DNA of 64,000 bases from Felis catus (taxonomy: Eukaryota), in contig NC_058368.1 of NCBI RefSeq assembly GCF_018350175.1, positions 80,974,001 to 81,038,000 on the forward strand, in the 5' to 3' direction. Under the pieces are notes generated by a model. That model was given only the letters and a program-made list of their open reading frames with translations, did no database searches and was not told where the DNA came from. Positions 11,001 to 23,700 of this stretch are shown one piece after another (position 1 is the first letter of the stretch; each line of letters starts with the position of its first letter). Both the position numbers and the translations under genes were made by a program.

Positions 11001-12795
11001 TCCAATTTGCCCCCCCTCGGAAGGAAGGAGACTCGGAGCGCAGAACGGCTGCGTGGCCTCCGGGAGCTCCCGTGCGCTGCGCCTGGGTTTTTATCTCCTC
11101 CTCAGGCTGAAAAGCATTTCCTTTTTATATTTTCCACATTGTTGTTTATACTTTCTTTCACTTCTACATTGTCAAGAATTTTCATTTGGAAAAGAAAGCA
11201 AAATGGCCCCGGTATTAGCCAGTTGCCAACGTGGGTGCTGATAGCCGATGCTGCGTGTGTGTTTGGGGGGGGGGGAGTTCCCTTAAATGACGTCGTAACG
11301 GGAAGCTTCCTTATTAACAGCGAACACCGCACGTTTTCCTAAATGCAAATATCAGAGAATCTGGCGTCCCCTTCCCGTTGGCTGGGACTTGGCTGACAGC
11401 CACCACGTTGCAAACTGGCCATTGCCCGTTGTGAAAATACAAGACGATGTAACATCATGACAGAGGCCACTGCCAGCACACAGGACAGGACATCGCGGCT
11501 GCCGCTTTCCCATCAGTCGGCTTCCAGATCTCTGGGTGACGGTCTCTGGATGAACTTGATACGCCGTCCTGGAGACCATGGCGGGCCTGAGCACACAGGC
11601 AGTTCTGCTCATGTGATCGGCTCTGGGTAGAAGTGCTCCGTTAACGTGACCCCCAGCCTCTCATTTCCTGCTCCTGTTTGCTTTGGGGAAGAAACCAGAA
11701 AAGTCTGCAGCTAACACAGACCCTGAAGCCATCCTGGGCTTCTGGTAAGAACATGAAGGGACAGGCTGGTGGCCGCCGAGCGGAGGCCAGGGACACGAGT
11801 GTGTGCCCAGCTCTGCTGTCAGCCCTTCCCTGGACGCCCTCTCCGTCTCTCCTGATAGAGTCTCCCAGGCCATTTATGAAGCACCTGGTGCACGCCAGGG
11901 ACTGTGAGAGCACCTACGCGTGTTTGTTCTTTGAATCTCACGCCACCCTGTGAGTGCATGTAGCCTGCAGTTTGTAGCCGCCCCGGTGTCACAGCCCCTA
12001 CCCGACAGGACTCACTCCAGGCCTGCTCTGCTCCACACCTCATGCTGTGGCTGTTGGGGCATATTTGAGGGGATGAGTTCTTCCAGAAGGGCCATCGCCT
12101 GGCGAGGGCTGTAACAGCCACGTGCCTCCAACGGGACGGGCTGGATTTCACGCGGTTGCAGAATCTCCTCATAGGAAGGCGTCGATCCTGGGGAGAGCTC
12201 TGGAACGCAGACAGATCTCTTGACAGATGACCGCCAGCCTCTGCCACTGAGCGTGGCACTGCAGTGAGGCTGGGTGCAGGGTCCCAGACAGCCAGGCCGG
12301 AGCCGAGATTCTACGTCATGGTGGATAACTAGAGAGCACATCTTGTGTTTATTTCCGCCTACGGGTAGCTGGTGTGAGAGGCAATGGAAATGCACGCATT
12401 TGGTTCCGTAAAATCACATTACGAAAAATGACCTGTGTTCCCAGACCCAGGGTTTCACCCCTCTGTAGGGCAGGCCCTGCACAGGATCCGGGGGGGCGCT
12501 GAGCCTTCTGTGGAGCGTTCCAGCTCCAGAAACATGCCGGGGGTGATGGTCCGATAGGCCACGCAAGTGTGGGCAGAAAATGGCCCTGTCTCCTTCACGG
12601 GGTATGACGGCTGCTTCAAGAGGTCACAGAGCCGCCCTGAGACACTGCGTGTGAGCTGAGATCCCGGCCTCTCCTGTCCTCAGCAGTGCCTCAGGACCTT
12701 CATGGCGAACAGCACTGCATCAGGTTTTAGGGTGTTTATTAATAATTTAAGCCTAAAGAATCTGAAAATCCCTGCTCAGGAGGAGGGAGATACTT

Positions 12796-13020
12796 TCTTT
12801 TTTACTTTTTTTTTTGTTTTAAGTTTTACTTTATTTTTGAGAGAGAGAGAAAGCAGGGGAGGGACAGAGAGAGACAGAGAAGGAGACACAGACTCTGAAG
12901 CAGGCTCCAGGCTCCAAGCTGTCAGCACAGAGCCCGATGCGGGACTTGAACTCACGAACTGTGAGATCATGACCTGAGCTGAAGTCGGACGCCTAACAGA
13001 CTGAGCCCCCCAGGCGCCCC
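12796..13020 (-). mobile_element. CAN-SINE (SINEC_Fc)
   Basis: Full-length antisense copy ending caggcgcccc. Degenerate TSD ggagata(c/t)tttc. Confidence 0.94.
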
Positions 13021-15689
13021 AGGAGATTCTTTTCTGTTTGTTTCTCACATTTTAAAATTCTAAGAAAATGTGCCATTTTTAGTCTTGAGAAATACTTTCA
13101 GTGATGTCCTGGGCTTTTTTAGACACAGTGTCAAAACTCTGGATGAGTGTCGTCAAGGGGGGTCTGCAGCAGGGCTATCCGCCATCGTTCTTGTGTGGGG
13201 GCCACGGGGCTGACTTTGGGGACCTGGGGACCGCAGATGCCCTCTCCACGTGGGACCCCGAGAGGTGTCTGTGACGTGTGTGAAGAGCCAGGCTTCCCTG
13301 GGCAGACAGGCTTTTGTGTGAAAGCCCAGGCTGTGTGGCCCCAGGAATGTCCCTGGCGGGGACATTGACGCACAGTGTGGTGAGAGGGATGCCTGGAGGG
13401 ACGGCAGGTGGCTCTGAGGCCACACGCTGTCCCGGCTCCTGTGACCGATCCCCAGATGCGGATCTCCCAACGGGAAACCAGGCTTCTGGGCGAGTGGCCA
13501 GACCGTGTCTTGTTTACCTGGTTTCCAGGCCTTATTTTGACTCCAAGTGGGAACCAGTGTCCTTCCTGGTGTGCGGCTCATACCTGTAAACATACACCTG
13601 AGTTTCTGCCTGTTCTCATCCCTGCGAGATGCGGCGGGGACAGTTTGAGGTGTGGTAATGGAGAAAAGGACGTTTGATAGGATGCTTGTAGCTGTTGGGG
13701 CACATCAGGTCCCTCCTCCCCTTTAGGGTGGCGTCACCACTCAGGCACATTGGAAACATCCTCGTCGGAGGTCACAGGAGGTTGGAAACCTTTACCGAGA
13801 TGCACTGTAAACTGAACGCGGACTGTGGATCGTGGTCTGCCTTATGTGCTGTCGCTAGTGGTAAAGATAACGATGATTCTGGCAAACATTCTATCGGACC
13901 TTGAAGGGCCTTCTGTGTCCACCCGACGCTGGACTAAAGCAGCAGAGAGTTGCCCGAGTTGTCCGTGAGGAGGGGGCATGGAGCCATAGGGCAGTGGGTG
14001 TCAGGGTGAGCCTGGGAGGTGCGGGCCTCCACGTGGTCGGGGGGGCACATCCCGCTAGCTGGGTGCTCTGCGGGGCTGGGGGCTGCTGGGCCTTGGAAAC
14101 ACGGTGCCCGTCATTCACTCCTTCGGTCAGCTTGATTGATCGGGTCCTTCCTGCATTTCGGACCCTCTCTTGGGGCTGCAGACACAGGAGCCATCGGCCC
14201 ATGGTTTGCAGAGAAGGTAGGGAAGAAATGAAGCAAATGTGAGGCTGGTGTTGGGGGCCCACAGCGCCTCTGCGGGGAGGGCGGCAGAGCAGGGTCCAGG
14301 GTGGCCCAGACAGGGAGTCGCAGCCTGCCCATGAGGGAGGGAGGACGGAGGACGGATGCAGCTGCCGGCACGCCCAGAGCTGTGTCCTGAGTGTTCCCGG
14401 AGCCCCCGAGAAAGCCGCTTGGATACTATGTGCATCCTTTCCCACTAAGGGGGCAGAAAGCCCAGGGTAGAGGGCGTCTCCCTGGGTTCAGCAGGCCAGA
14501 CCAGAGGGAGGCCAGAGGTTGGGGGAAGGGTGAGGACTTGTCACCTGGCTTCGGTGGGGGCAAAGGTAATGTCTTCCCAGAGGGGTGACAGCAAAGAGCA
14601 GACTGGTTCAGTGGGGAGAATGTAAGATACCCTAGAACATTCTAGCGGGACACCCAGCAGTGGACGTGCAGGCGCACGCTCAGGAGGGACACAGGACGGG
14701 GCTGTGGCGAGCAGGCCTACCCCCTGTCTCTTAGGTTTCACTTGTTTCCCGCGTGCACCTGTCTGATGGGGGCCTTCCCGGACATCTCTAAACCGAGGCC
14801 CGGGGCCCATCTGGGCCCTTCCGTCCTTGGCACCACCATTTCCTCTAGCCTCCTGGAGCCCTTGCAGCCAGAAAGCAGAGCTGAAGTCTGGCGCCTCTGC
14901 GGGAGACCTCTTGGACCCGACAGTCCCAGGTCCCAGCCCAGCTGCGAGGGAGGGCGGGCCGGTGGCTCGGCCATGAGTCTGCAGGGGTGGCGAGAGCAGC
15001 CGGCCCCGGATGCTGGAGGCTCAGTTGGATCGGAAGGAACAGTGAAAGGTGCTGGGAAGGGCGTGGAGGGGTGGGGGGGGAGGGGCCACTGGAGGCAAAC
15101 CACAGGAGAGCTTCCTGAAGGACAGAGCAGGCCACCGCCTTCCGCAGGCGAGGTCAAGGCGGACCCACACCCACCGGCGTCACGACACGATGGAAAACTG
15201 CCCGCGGCTTTTGACCTGGACAGTAAGACAAGGCTGCCTGTTCGTTTACTGTGAGTGTTTACCTCCCCGCTCTGGTGTGGACAGAGCAGGGTAGAAGAGC
15301 GTCGGCTTCGTTCACCGCTTTCCGGCTCCCGGCTCGCGTAACGGCAGGGGACCGGAGCTGGAACGTGTGCTGGGAGGGGCCGGCTAGGCGGCACAGGGAC
15401 CGTGACTCACACTCGGGGAGCCGAGGTCAAGAGAGTGGACAGCTCTGAGGGGAAATGACCAGGTCTGTTCCTGTACGCTTTCTGGGCCAAAGATGAAATC
15501 GGTTGTCCACAGACACATTTTAACACCTGCACGAGATTATAAAAACTGCCTTATGACGCTGGTGCTTCGGTATAGGTTTTGTCACTGCTGTTGCTCATTT
15601 TGAGCACAGGTCTGGCTTTCTGAGAAGAGAAACCTCCGAGGAGGTCGGGCCAAAGAGAGGTTGTCTGCAGTACCTGCCCCGGGTCAGCT

Positions 15690-15982
15690 CCCTCCGGGGA
15701 ATCTGGGAGGGCCCTTCCCCGTGTCTCCGGCTCCGGGGACCCCAAGGGCCCAGCCTCTGTCCTCACGTGGCCATCTTCTCCCTGCTCTTCCTGTCTGCGT
15801 CCAAATGTCCTTGTTTTTGTAGGGACACCAGTCATATCGGAGGAGAGGTCCCCTCTCCTCCACTGTGACCTCATGTTAACTAATCACATCTGTAATGACC
15901 CTATTTCCAAATAAGGTCGCATTCTGAGGTTCGGATTAGGGCTTTCCCCTGTCCTTTGGGGGACACAGTTCAACCCGGAACA
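15690..15982 (-). mobile_element. MLT1B/C-like MaLR solo LTR (partial)
   Basis: gtagggacaccagtcatatcgga..ttaactaatcacatctgtaatgaccctatttccaaataaggtcgcattctgagg..gggggacacagttcaacccggaaca. Confidence 0.85.
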
Positions 15983-16944
15983 GCCTCTATGGGGAAAAGC
16001 GTGGACAGAGAACGGTGCTCAGGTTGTTTCATGGCCCCAAGGTACAGACTCTGACCCATCAGAGCAGACGCTCAGCCCATGGGGCGGGACACTAGTCAAA
16101 GCAAAGGATGCCTGTCTGTGGGCATGTGACAATGGGCCCCTGGTCAGGCTGGCAGCCTCTTCGCCCCCTGGCCGGGCCAAACGAGCCTCAGGGGCAACCT
16201 GGGTGAGACTCAGCTGGTACAGTGTGTCCATGTACTGACTGGGGACCTGGGGGCTGTGTGGGGCACCCACCTGTGTCTGTCATGTGGGGAGAGGTGTCCT
16301 AGGGCAGCCGCCTGGAAAGCGTGAGGTCTGGGACCAGGAGCAAGGACTGACCACCTGCACAGGAACAGAAAGGGTCCCCGCCCTGCCCCTCGGGTCGCGG
16401 AAGTGTTGGCCTTGTTTGTGATGCGGACCGTGGGTTGAGGGAGCTCCTGGCTCTGTAGCTGCACCCGAACCTAGAATGTGCAGACAGACGTTACCAGTCC
16501 TTCCCGAGGGGGTGACCAGAAGACCCGACCGGGGTGGCAGGAGCCAAGACGGTCTGAGTCCTAGCAATAGGCAGGGCCGCTTTGAGAGGGAAGGAAGTGT
16601 ACTGAACGTAAATACGAGTCTCTTATGTTCTCTGGGTTTTTATAGGAAATTGTAGCATCCTGGTCTGGGACTGTGTGTTCTTCGTGATAATTTACATCTC
16701 CCACAGAAATCTGCCAAGCAGCCAGCAGGCGACGGTGGATTGTTCCTGGCCCCACCACCGACTCAGGGCTGCCCCTCCTGTAATTGGGGAGAATGGGGAG
16801 AATGGCCCACAGCCCTTAGCACCGACTCAGCCTCTGTGGGCTCGCCTCCTCCTGGCTTTCCCCACGTTGCCTGAGGGGGCTGCTCTGGCTGAGCTCTGCT
16901 CTTCTCTCTTTGTGAAGGAGTTTTCTTTTCCCTTGATGTCTTTA

Positions 16945-17260
16945 ACTTAAAAACAAAAATCAAAGAGTTGTGTGATTCCCATTGGGACGCATTATGCAGG
17001 AGGAAATTATTCCCATTAGAATCCGGTGAATTTCACATATATCTAGAATTGCTTTTATAATAAAAAATAAATGTTCTATAAGTGATAGTACCTGGGGAAT
17101 ATCACCAGTCCTGACATAAGTCTGGTTGATTTCGTGTTCGGAAGTCAGTTTGTCACGCCACTTAGCAGCATGACTATTGCACAGCATCTAATCTTTGATG
17201 GGTGTTCTGAAAAAATAACACTATATCTCTGCCTTCAGTATTACTTCATTTAGATTCCCG
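16945..17260. promoter_or_regulatory. Candidate enhancer island with two TCF/LEF-type motifs
   Basis: ATCAAAG 16959-16965 and CTTTGAT 17193-17199, plus TTTTATAATAAAA and TAATCT. AT-rich and repeat-free. Confidence 0.4.
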
Positions 17261-17985
17261 GTATGTTCCGGGCGGCTGCACCATTTTACTCTAAAGAGCT
17301 CTGCACTTCCTCAGGGGTCCCCGGGTTGTGCGTGACAGAAAGGGGGCACACACTGCCGCGTGATGCTCACTTCTGGCACAGTCCGCCTGAGAGGTGGTCT
17401 CTACCACCAGGTGAATGACAGCTGAGACACAGTCCTGCACGGAGAGAGCCAGTCCGGCACACGCACCTGGAGGAGAAGGATGCAGAGGGGCCCTTAGCTA
17501 GAGAAGAGGGGCAGCCAGTTCAGGGGGGTGATGCCAAGTTTCGGGGGCCAGCATTCAGGGGTCCATGGGATTTTAGAGCTGCTCCTGGGGTTCAGAGCAG
17601 AGAAAAGTCAGGGCGCGTCACGTCCCCTGCCGGTGTTTAACACCATGAGCAGCAGTGCCCCAAACCGCAGTGCAGACGCGTGAGGCCAGGGCCCCCGAGG
17701 TGTCTGCAGGGTGAGCTGTAGAGTGAAATCTGAGTCCCCTCTGTGCCTCATCACCCACACCCACACCCACACACGATTTTGTCCGTGCGTCCTCGCAAAG
17801 TTCACAGTGCACAGGTGCGAAAGTCCTTCCCACACAAACATTTTGAGTCTTTGTCTCCTTAGGTGCGTTTTGCAGGGCGTGCAGGTGAGACTCGTGGAGA
17901 AGGGCCTGGAGCCTTGTGGCCGTAGGAGACGTCCCCGCCTCTGACACATGACGCCCTCCTTTATTTTAATCTCCCCCCCTGCCAC

Positions 17986-18001
17986 CAAAAAAAAAAAAAA
18001 C

Positions 18002-18033
<32 letters not shown>
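17986..18033. repeat. poly-A / (CAAAA)n simple repeat
   Basis: Direct reading. Confidence 0.9.
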
Positions 18034-18399
18034 CGTTTGGTCTCCATTTTCTTTAACGGGATGAGGCAATTTCTTTTAGATTTGCTTAAACTCACCCGCT
18101 AGCTTTGAAAGGAGAACATTATCTGTAGATCGAAACATCGCTCCTGCCCGAGCTGAGCTGTGGCTGTGCGGAATCCAGCATAGTGAAGGCGGATGCCTCC
18201 AGAGCGTGTGCAGAGTCCGTTGTTTCCTTTCTTCCTCCCCGCCACTGCCGTGAGGGCTGGAGCGGATTTTGGTTCACAGCACAGTGTGCAGTGTTAACTA
18301 GGTGACATATGGGTGGGGGACATTCCTGCCTGTCCACTGCCGCCGGGGGCGGCGGGGGGGGCGTTTCCATAGAGATAAGAAGCAGAAGTGCTCCCTGCC

Positions 18400-18940
18400 A
18401 CCTCATTGGTATGCATCCCCAGTACAGGTTCATTGTGCGTGTGCTAATGACAGGGTGGCTCGGTAATAAAGATAGTGCACTGGAGAGATTTGCTGCCTTG
18501 GTATATTTTTCCCTGGCAGAAAACTACTTAGAGACTGTAGTCAGTAAGACGATGACTGGCAGGCTGAAGAGGCTGCTTAGCGGCATATGGGGGAAGGCTG
18601 GTGCTGTGTGCCACACGCATATGCTGCCATTAAACTCCAGCTTTGCGCTTTGTGTGTTCCTGGGCTCGTGCCAGGGAGCCCACCTGCTGCAAGAATACTT
18701 GTAAAGCCCAACTCAAAAGTGATTGAAAAGCTACTAGAATAAACTGTAATAACACAGTGCTTCACAGATGGGACATAATTGCAAGCTAAGTGCACAGCCT
18801 CTGCAGTAATGAAAACACGAGCCATTAAATTAAAATCATAAGGGAAAAAACGATAAAAGTCTGTTGATTTTTTTTTTTAGTTTTATTGCAAAAACTTCAA
18901 TTTTCCTGCCCTCATTAATCAAATACCATAAAACTATAGT
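18400..18940. promoter_or_regulatory. Candidate homeodomain-motif-rich enhancer island
   Basis: CTAATGACAG, GTAATAAA, two GCCATTAAA, CATAATTG, TTTTATTG, CATTAATCAAATACCATAAAA. Confidence 0.45.
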
Positions 18941-19049
18941 GTGACTCTGTTCTCGTGGAGGTTCAGGCAATTAGAGCGGTGAATGTTGAGAAAAAGGATG
19001 TAACTTTTGTCATTCGCTTGCTGGCATAACGCAGACCCTTCCGTCACCA

Positions 19050-20100
19050 GAGCCACCGGTCCCGACGCGTATGTGTCCATCTGCAGATCGAAAGAGCCTC
19101 CGGGAATTTGCCCTAAGTTACGCGGTTTGTCTGAGTTTGTCCGGGGCCAGGGCCACGTGACCGTGGAACTTTCGCTTTGTGCTCCGTATTCGCACGTGTG
19201 CAAAGTGAGCCCTTTCTCCCGGGTCAGCCCGCCCTTTGTGCTCCAACATTACGGATTTTCCACTTTTTTTGACAATCACGAGAGACCCCCCGAGCCGTGT
19301 GAACACAGGGGCTTGACGGCGTCCGAGCCAGGGTGGCCCGCGGGCAGAGGCCAGGCCTCCGTGCAATGGGCGGCCGGGCGCCGGCAGGAGGCGGGGGCCG
19401 TGGGAGCCGAATGCGTGGCGGGCGGGGGGCCTCCCCGGGCGTCTGGTGCCCCCGGGGCCCCGGCACCATTGTTCTGCTGCTTTCTGTGGGTGGGCCTTCC
19501 GGGGAGAAAGGAGCGTTTGTGTCTCTGTCATCACCCAAGTAAACAGCCTTTAGAAGACTTTCTTTTTTCGTTTTTAATTATGCATTTCTTTGGCATTCCT
19601 CACGGCAGAGTGGACGAGTTCCCATCCATTCAAAAAAACAACAGAAAAAAAACAAACCCAGCAGCAACCACGGGATAAATATGTTTTCACTTTACAAGGG
19701 GAGCTCGGCGCGCAGTCCTGGGGCGTCTCAAGCCGTTGATGGGGGAAGAACACGTTTCTCCTGCTGGCCCTCCCGTCGGGGGACAGAGGGTCGTTTCTCC
19801 GAGAATCCCGCGCTCCCGACTCCGAGTCGCCGAGGAGCTGACGGGCCCTCTGAGCCGAAGCGGCTGTGGGAAAGCTCTCTGCGATTTGGTGGCAGGCTGG
19901 CTGGCAGCTGACAGTGCACGGGAGCACACAGCCTGGCATGGTCCCTGCCCGAAGACCGACCCACGGCCACCGGGCAGGAACAGGGTGGGCAGGCCAGGAC
20001 CCCAGATCAGACAAATCTGTGGCTTCTGGACAGCTCAGCTGGGCCCAGCCATGAATGGGGGGGGGGCACATCATGATCACCTGCCGCGACCACCGCAACA
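19050..20100. promoter_or_regulatory. CpG-island-like segment with no recognisable first exon
   Basis: Dense CpG/GC core at 19300-19510 (gggcggccgggcgccggcaggaggcggggg..) and again at 19700-19870. Confidence 0.5.
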
Positions 20101-21155
20101 CTCACATCACGCAGCCTCTAGCTGCTATTACTGCCTTCACACCTGAGTGTTTGCCACTTCCTGCCCGGCGGGACCTGTCCAGACTCACCTCGTGATGTGG
20201 TCTTCGAACGTGGCTCGTGGGACAAGTACACTCGAGTGTGGGCATCTCCCTTGCCTGTTTGTTCCACTTTTGCCTCCCTTCCTTGAGAACCACTCGTCTC
20301 GCGGCCAGATGCCCCCAGATGGCAGCCAGGTTTGATGCGCCACGGTGGCCCTGGCAGGAGTCTGGAACCGAGGAGGTCCAGAGAGAGGACAGAATCAGAT
20401 GAGGCTTGGGGAAGGAAGTAGGCTCTGATGTGAACTCCAACAAGAAGGGGATGTGTAGCCTTTCTGGGCCGTGTTTGTACGAACAACACTGCCACAAGCC
20501 TCCTTAGCTGTGGTCATGCTTGCTCTGCGGGGCTGTGCCTGTCCCACTGTCCCTGCCTCTGCTTCGGACTGAAACGTGGGTAACAACAGCCCCTCTAACT
20601 GCTGAAAGGGATGTGGCCCTGTGTTACACTCAAAGGGAGAATTTATACTGGTCCTTTCTCCTTCCTCAGCTAAACAACTGATGTGTAAAAAAGCATACAC
20701 ACGTGTGCTTTGCCGTAGGTGTCCGTGGCCAGCCCGCATGTGTCCCCTCTGAAATTTGCGGGGACCGTGTGAGAGCCATCCACCACTTCCCAAGCAGCAT
20801 GGCGTAGCAGTGATTTACATGTGGTCGTTTGAAGGAGGGCGGTGGGAAGTCCACAGCAAATGAGTACTTTTAGAACACCTGCAACCACGTAAGCCTATGT
20901 TCATTTTTTCAGTGTGCAGCCTGGCTTTCTGGACTGTCAGCAGGATCCCCGATTTGAAATCCCAGCAAAGGGAGCCAGGCTCCGTGGGGCGCATTGGGGA
21001 GACTCAGGAAGCGGCATGTGCGAGTGTGCAAGCCCAGTGTGGCTGCTCGGGAGATATGAGCGTGCCTGCACCACACACGCATTATTTGGGGGTGTTCAGA
21101 GCTGTTTGTCAAGAATCCCGCTTATGCGTGTGTTTCTGTTTTATAAGAAAGTGTC

Positions 21156-21361
21156 GGGGCGCCTGAGTGGCTCGGTCTGTTAAGCATCTGACTTCGGCTC
21201 AGGTCACAATCTCACGGTTCGTGGGTTCGAGCCCCGCGTCGGGCTCTGTGCTGACAGCTCAGAGGTTGGAGCCTGCTTTCCATTCTGTGTCTCCCTCTCT
21301 CTCTGCTCCTCCCCCGCTCATGCTCTCTCTCTCTCAAAAATAAATAAACATTAAAAAAAAA
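21156..21361 (+). mobile_element. CAN-SINE (SINEC_Fc)
   Basis: GGGGCGCCTGAGTGGCTCGG head, B box GGTTCGAGCCC, (CT)n, AAAAATAAATAAACATTAAAA tail. Confidence 0.95.
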
Positions 21362-23351
21362 TGTGTATGAGTGTGGCGTGGGCATGCGTCAGCAGCACCC
21401 CACGGGGCTTCACTTGTACACCCACGGAGCCGTTGGTGACATGTTGTTCTCTTGGAACAGGAGTTCCTGCTAAGCAGACTACCGGCTACTCGGTTGTTGG
21501 CTCCCTTTCTCTGCGTTCTTTCTAATCTCTAAGCCCAAACCCAGATGAGATGCACGGTAGGCTGCCAGCCAACAGGGGCTGCTGAAATCAGCGTGGTTTA
21601 GGGGCAAGTCCAAGCTGTGGTTACAGGACCGTGGAGTCAGCAGGGCCACCCTGCACGGCACGCAGTGCCCTCGCCGCTCATGGAATTGGTCAGCTTATGA
21701 TTTACGTCATCTGTTTTCTCTTTGCCTTACTTAGCAAGATGGTTTAAGAGAAAAAAAATGGCAATTTCTTTTGTAGTGGAAAACCTCAGGGGAGGATTGG
21801 AGGTGATGCAGTACGAACAGAGGCCCCTCAAAGGAAGGAGAAGGTGACCTGTCCCAGCTCTCCTTCCGCAGGGGATGGCACAGAGTTACAAATGTGGGTT
21901 GTTACAAGTTCTTGTCACCTGCCAGCTCCTGCAGTGAAGGAATTGGCTCGACTTCTAGGTTAGAGCTCACAGGTTTTGCCCGATTCTCAGGCCTGGTGAT
22001 GATGTATCCAACCGGATATCTTATGTGTCCCCAAAAACACGCCCATTGGTATGTTTAGTCATTGTGCGGTGTCCCTGCCCCTCGAGGGTCCGGGCTATGG
22101 GAAATAATTCACAGAACACGGCCGTCCTTGCTTGGATTTACTGGAGCGGGGGTGTGCCAGGCTATAGAATTGGATGTCCTCTCCACCCAGGCCTCTGCGC
22201 TGTCGCCGAATGACCTTCAGCCAGGCCTTTGCCCTGCTCGGCCTGCCCCCGACAGTGTGCCCCCATCCTGACCTGTCTCCGAGCTTGCTCGCCCATCTGG
22301 AAGTCTGATGCCTGGATGAGAGGCGTCGGTGCTCATGTCTGGGCCGCGGTTTCACAGGACCATGGCGGGTGTTCAGGGTCCCTGGCGGGCTGGGTGATGT
22401 TTGCGAGGCCTTGTGCGTATCCCCTGGGGGCGAATGCGCCTGCGGGAGATTCACCTGAGGAGCCCTGTGGGGTCTCCTGAGGTGTTGACAGTGGTGGTTG
22501 TACCTGTGTTCGTCGTCCCAGGCTGACCTGCCCTCCGGGACATGACTTTGTGCTCACACATGACTTCTCGCACCAGGGGCCGCTGTGTGTCCCCTCTGCT
22601 CAAGGCGGCGGGTCTGTCTCGGAGGTCATGGAGGGACTGGCTACATCACCCAAACCTGCCATTGTGACCACGTCTCTGATCACGGCCGTCCAGTCGAGAG
22701 GGCAACAGTGCCTGTGGCCACCATCATTGTGAGTGAGGGGAGCGCCACCCTCTCTCCCTCCTGGAAGGGGCCTCAGGTTGCGGAGCACCTGGCCCTCTGC
22801 CAGCCTCCGGTGTTCTAACAACCTACTGGAAAAGGGCCCAGGGACTCAGTCCCGCCGGCTTGGAGGTGATAGAGCAGGGAAGGAGCTCGGGGTCTCTGCT
22901 GTTCCCAGCAGACACTTTTTTTTTTTTATTAAGAAAGAGCCTTTTTTTACTAAAAAGCCGACACTTGCCTAGGCTTTATCCCTTGGTGGGGCAGTCTGGG
23001 CCACCAGCGGTTAGCGCCTGTCTCCTTTCCAGAACCGTGTGTGTGCGCCACAAAGTGCAGGGATAAGAGGCTCCCGCTAAGTTATAATCACAAACACAGC
23101 AGAGTGACGTTAGTGGGATGCCTTATGAAACCCAATCCTGCCGTGGCAAACATCGCCATCTGTGGGGGTCCAGCCTCTCTGGGGGAGGGACCAGCTGGGG
23201 GGGTTGTCTGTGTGCAGGAGTGGGGAGGGGGTTGGGCTGAGACCTCGGACAATCCCATGGGGCACTCTGGGGGTGGGGACCCTCCAAGGGTACCTCTAAC
23301 TGAGGCCCGGGAAGGGCCAGGCAGCGTGGGGGTGTAACACTGGGGGGACAC

Positions 23352-23700
23352 CTGGTCTTCCGGAGCTGCTGTAACAGAGCACCACAGAGCGGACGCTGAA
23401 CACAACAGGCTCTGGAAACTGCAAGGCTGGGTCGAGGTGTCCCCCTGACACCTGTGGGGTCAGGTCCCTCCTGCCTCTTCCAGCCTCCTGAGCTCCAAGG
23501 CTTGTCAAAAGCGTGGTTCCAGTCTCTGCCTCCGTGGGCACGTGGCCTCTCCCTCAGGATGTGTGTCTATGTCCCCTCTTCCTCTTCTAGGGACACCGGT
23601 CATTGGGGTCCGGGCCCTGCTCCTGCATGACTTTGTCTTAGCTTGCACATCTGCAAAGACCCTATTTCTGAACAAGGTCACATTCCGCGGTTCCTGGGGC
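23352..23700 (-). mobile_element. MLT1C/D-like MaLR solo LTR
   Basis: gctgctgtaacagagcaccaca..ttctagggacaccggtcattgg..cacatctgcaaagaccctatttctgaacaaggtcacattc. Confidence 0.85.

Noticed and set aside
14738..15394. 218-aa (-) and 170-aa (+) ORFs
   Set aside because: Low-complexity Pro/Gly/Ser translations on both strands of G-rich DNA.
19007..19678. 223-aa ORF (+)
   Set aside because: Explained by stop-codon scarcity in the CpG-rich segment. No protein-like features.
21156..21240. tRNA-like A/B boxes
   Set aside because: Part of tRNA-derived SINE heads. No cloverleaf tRNA gene.
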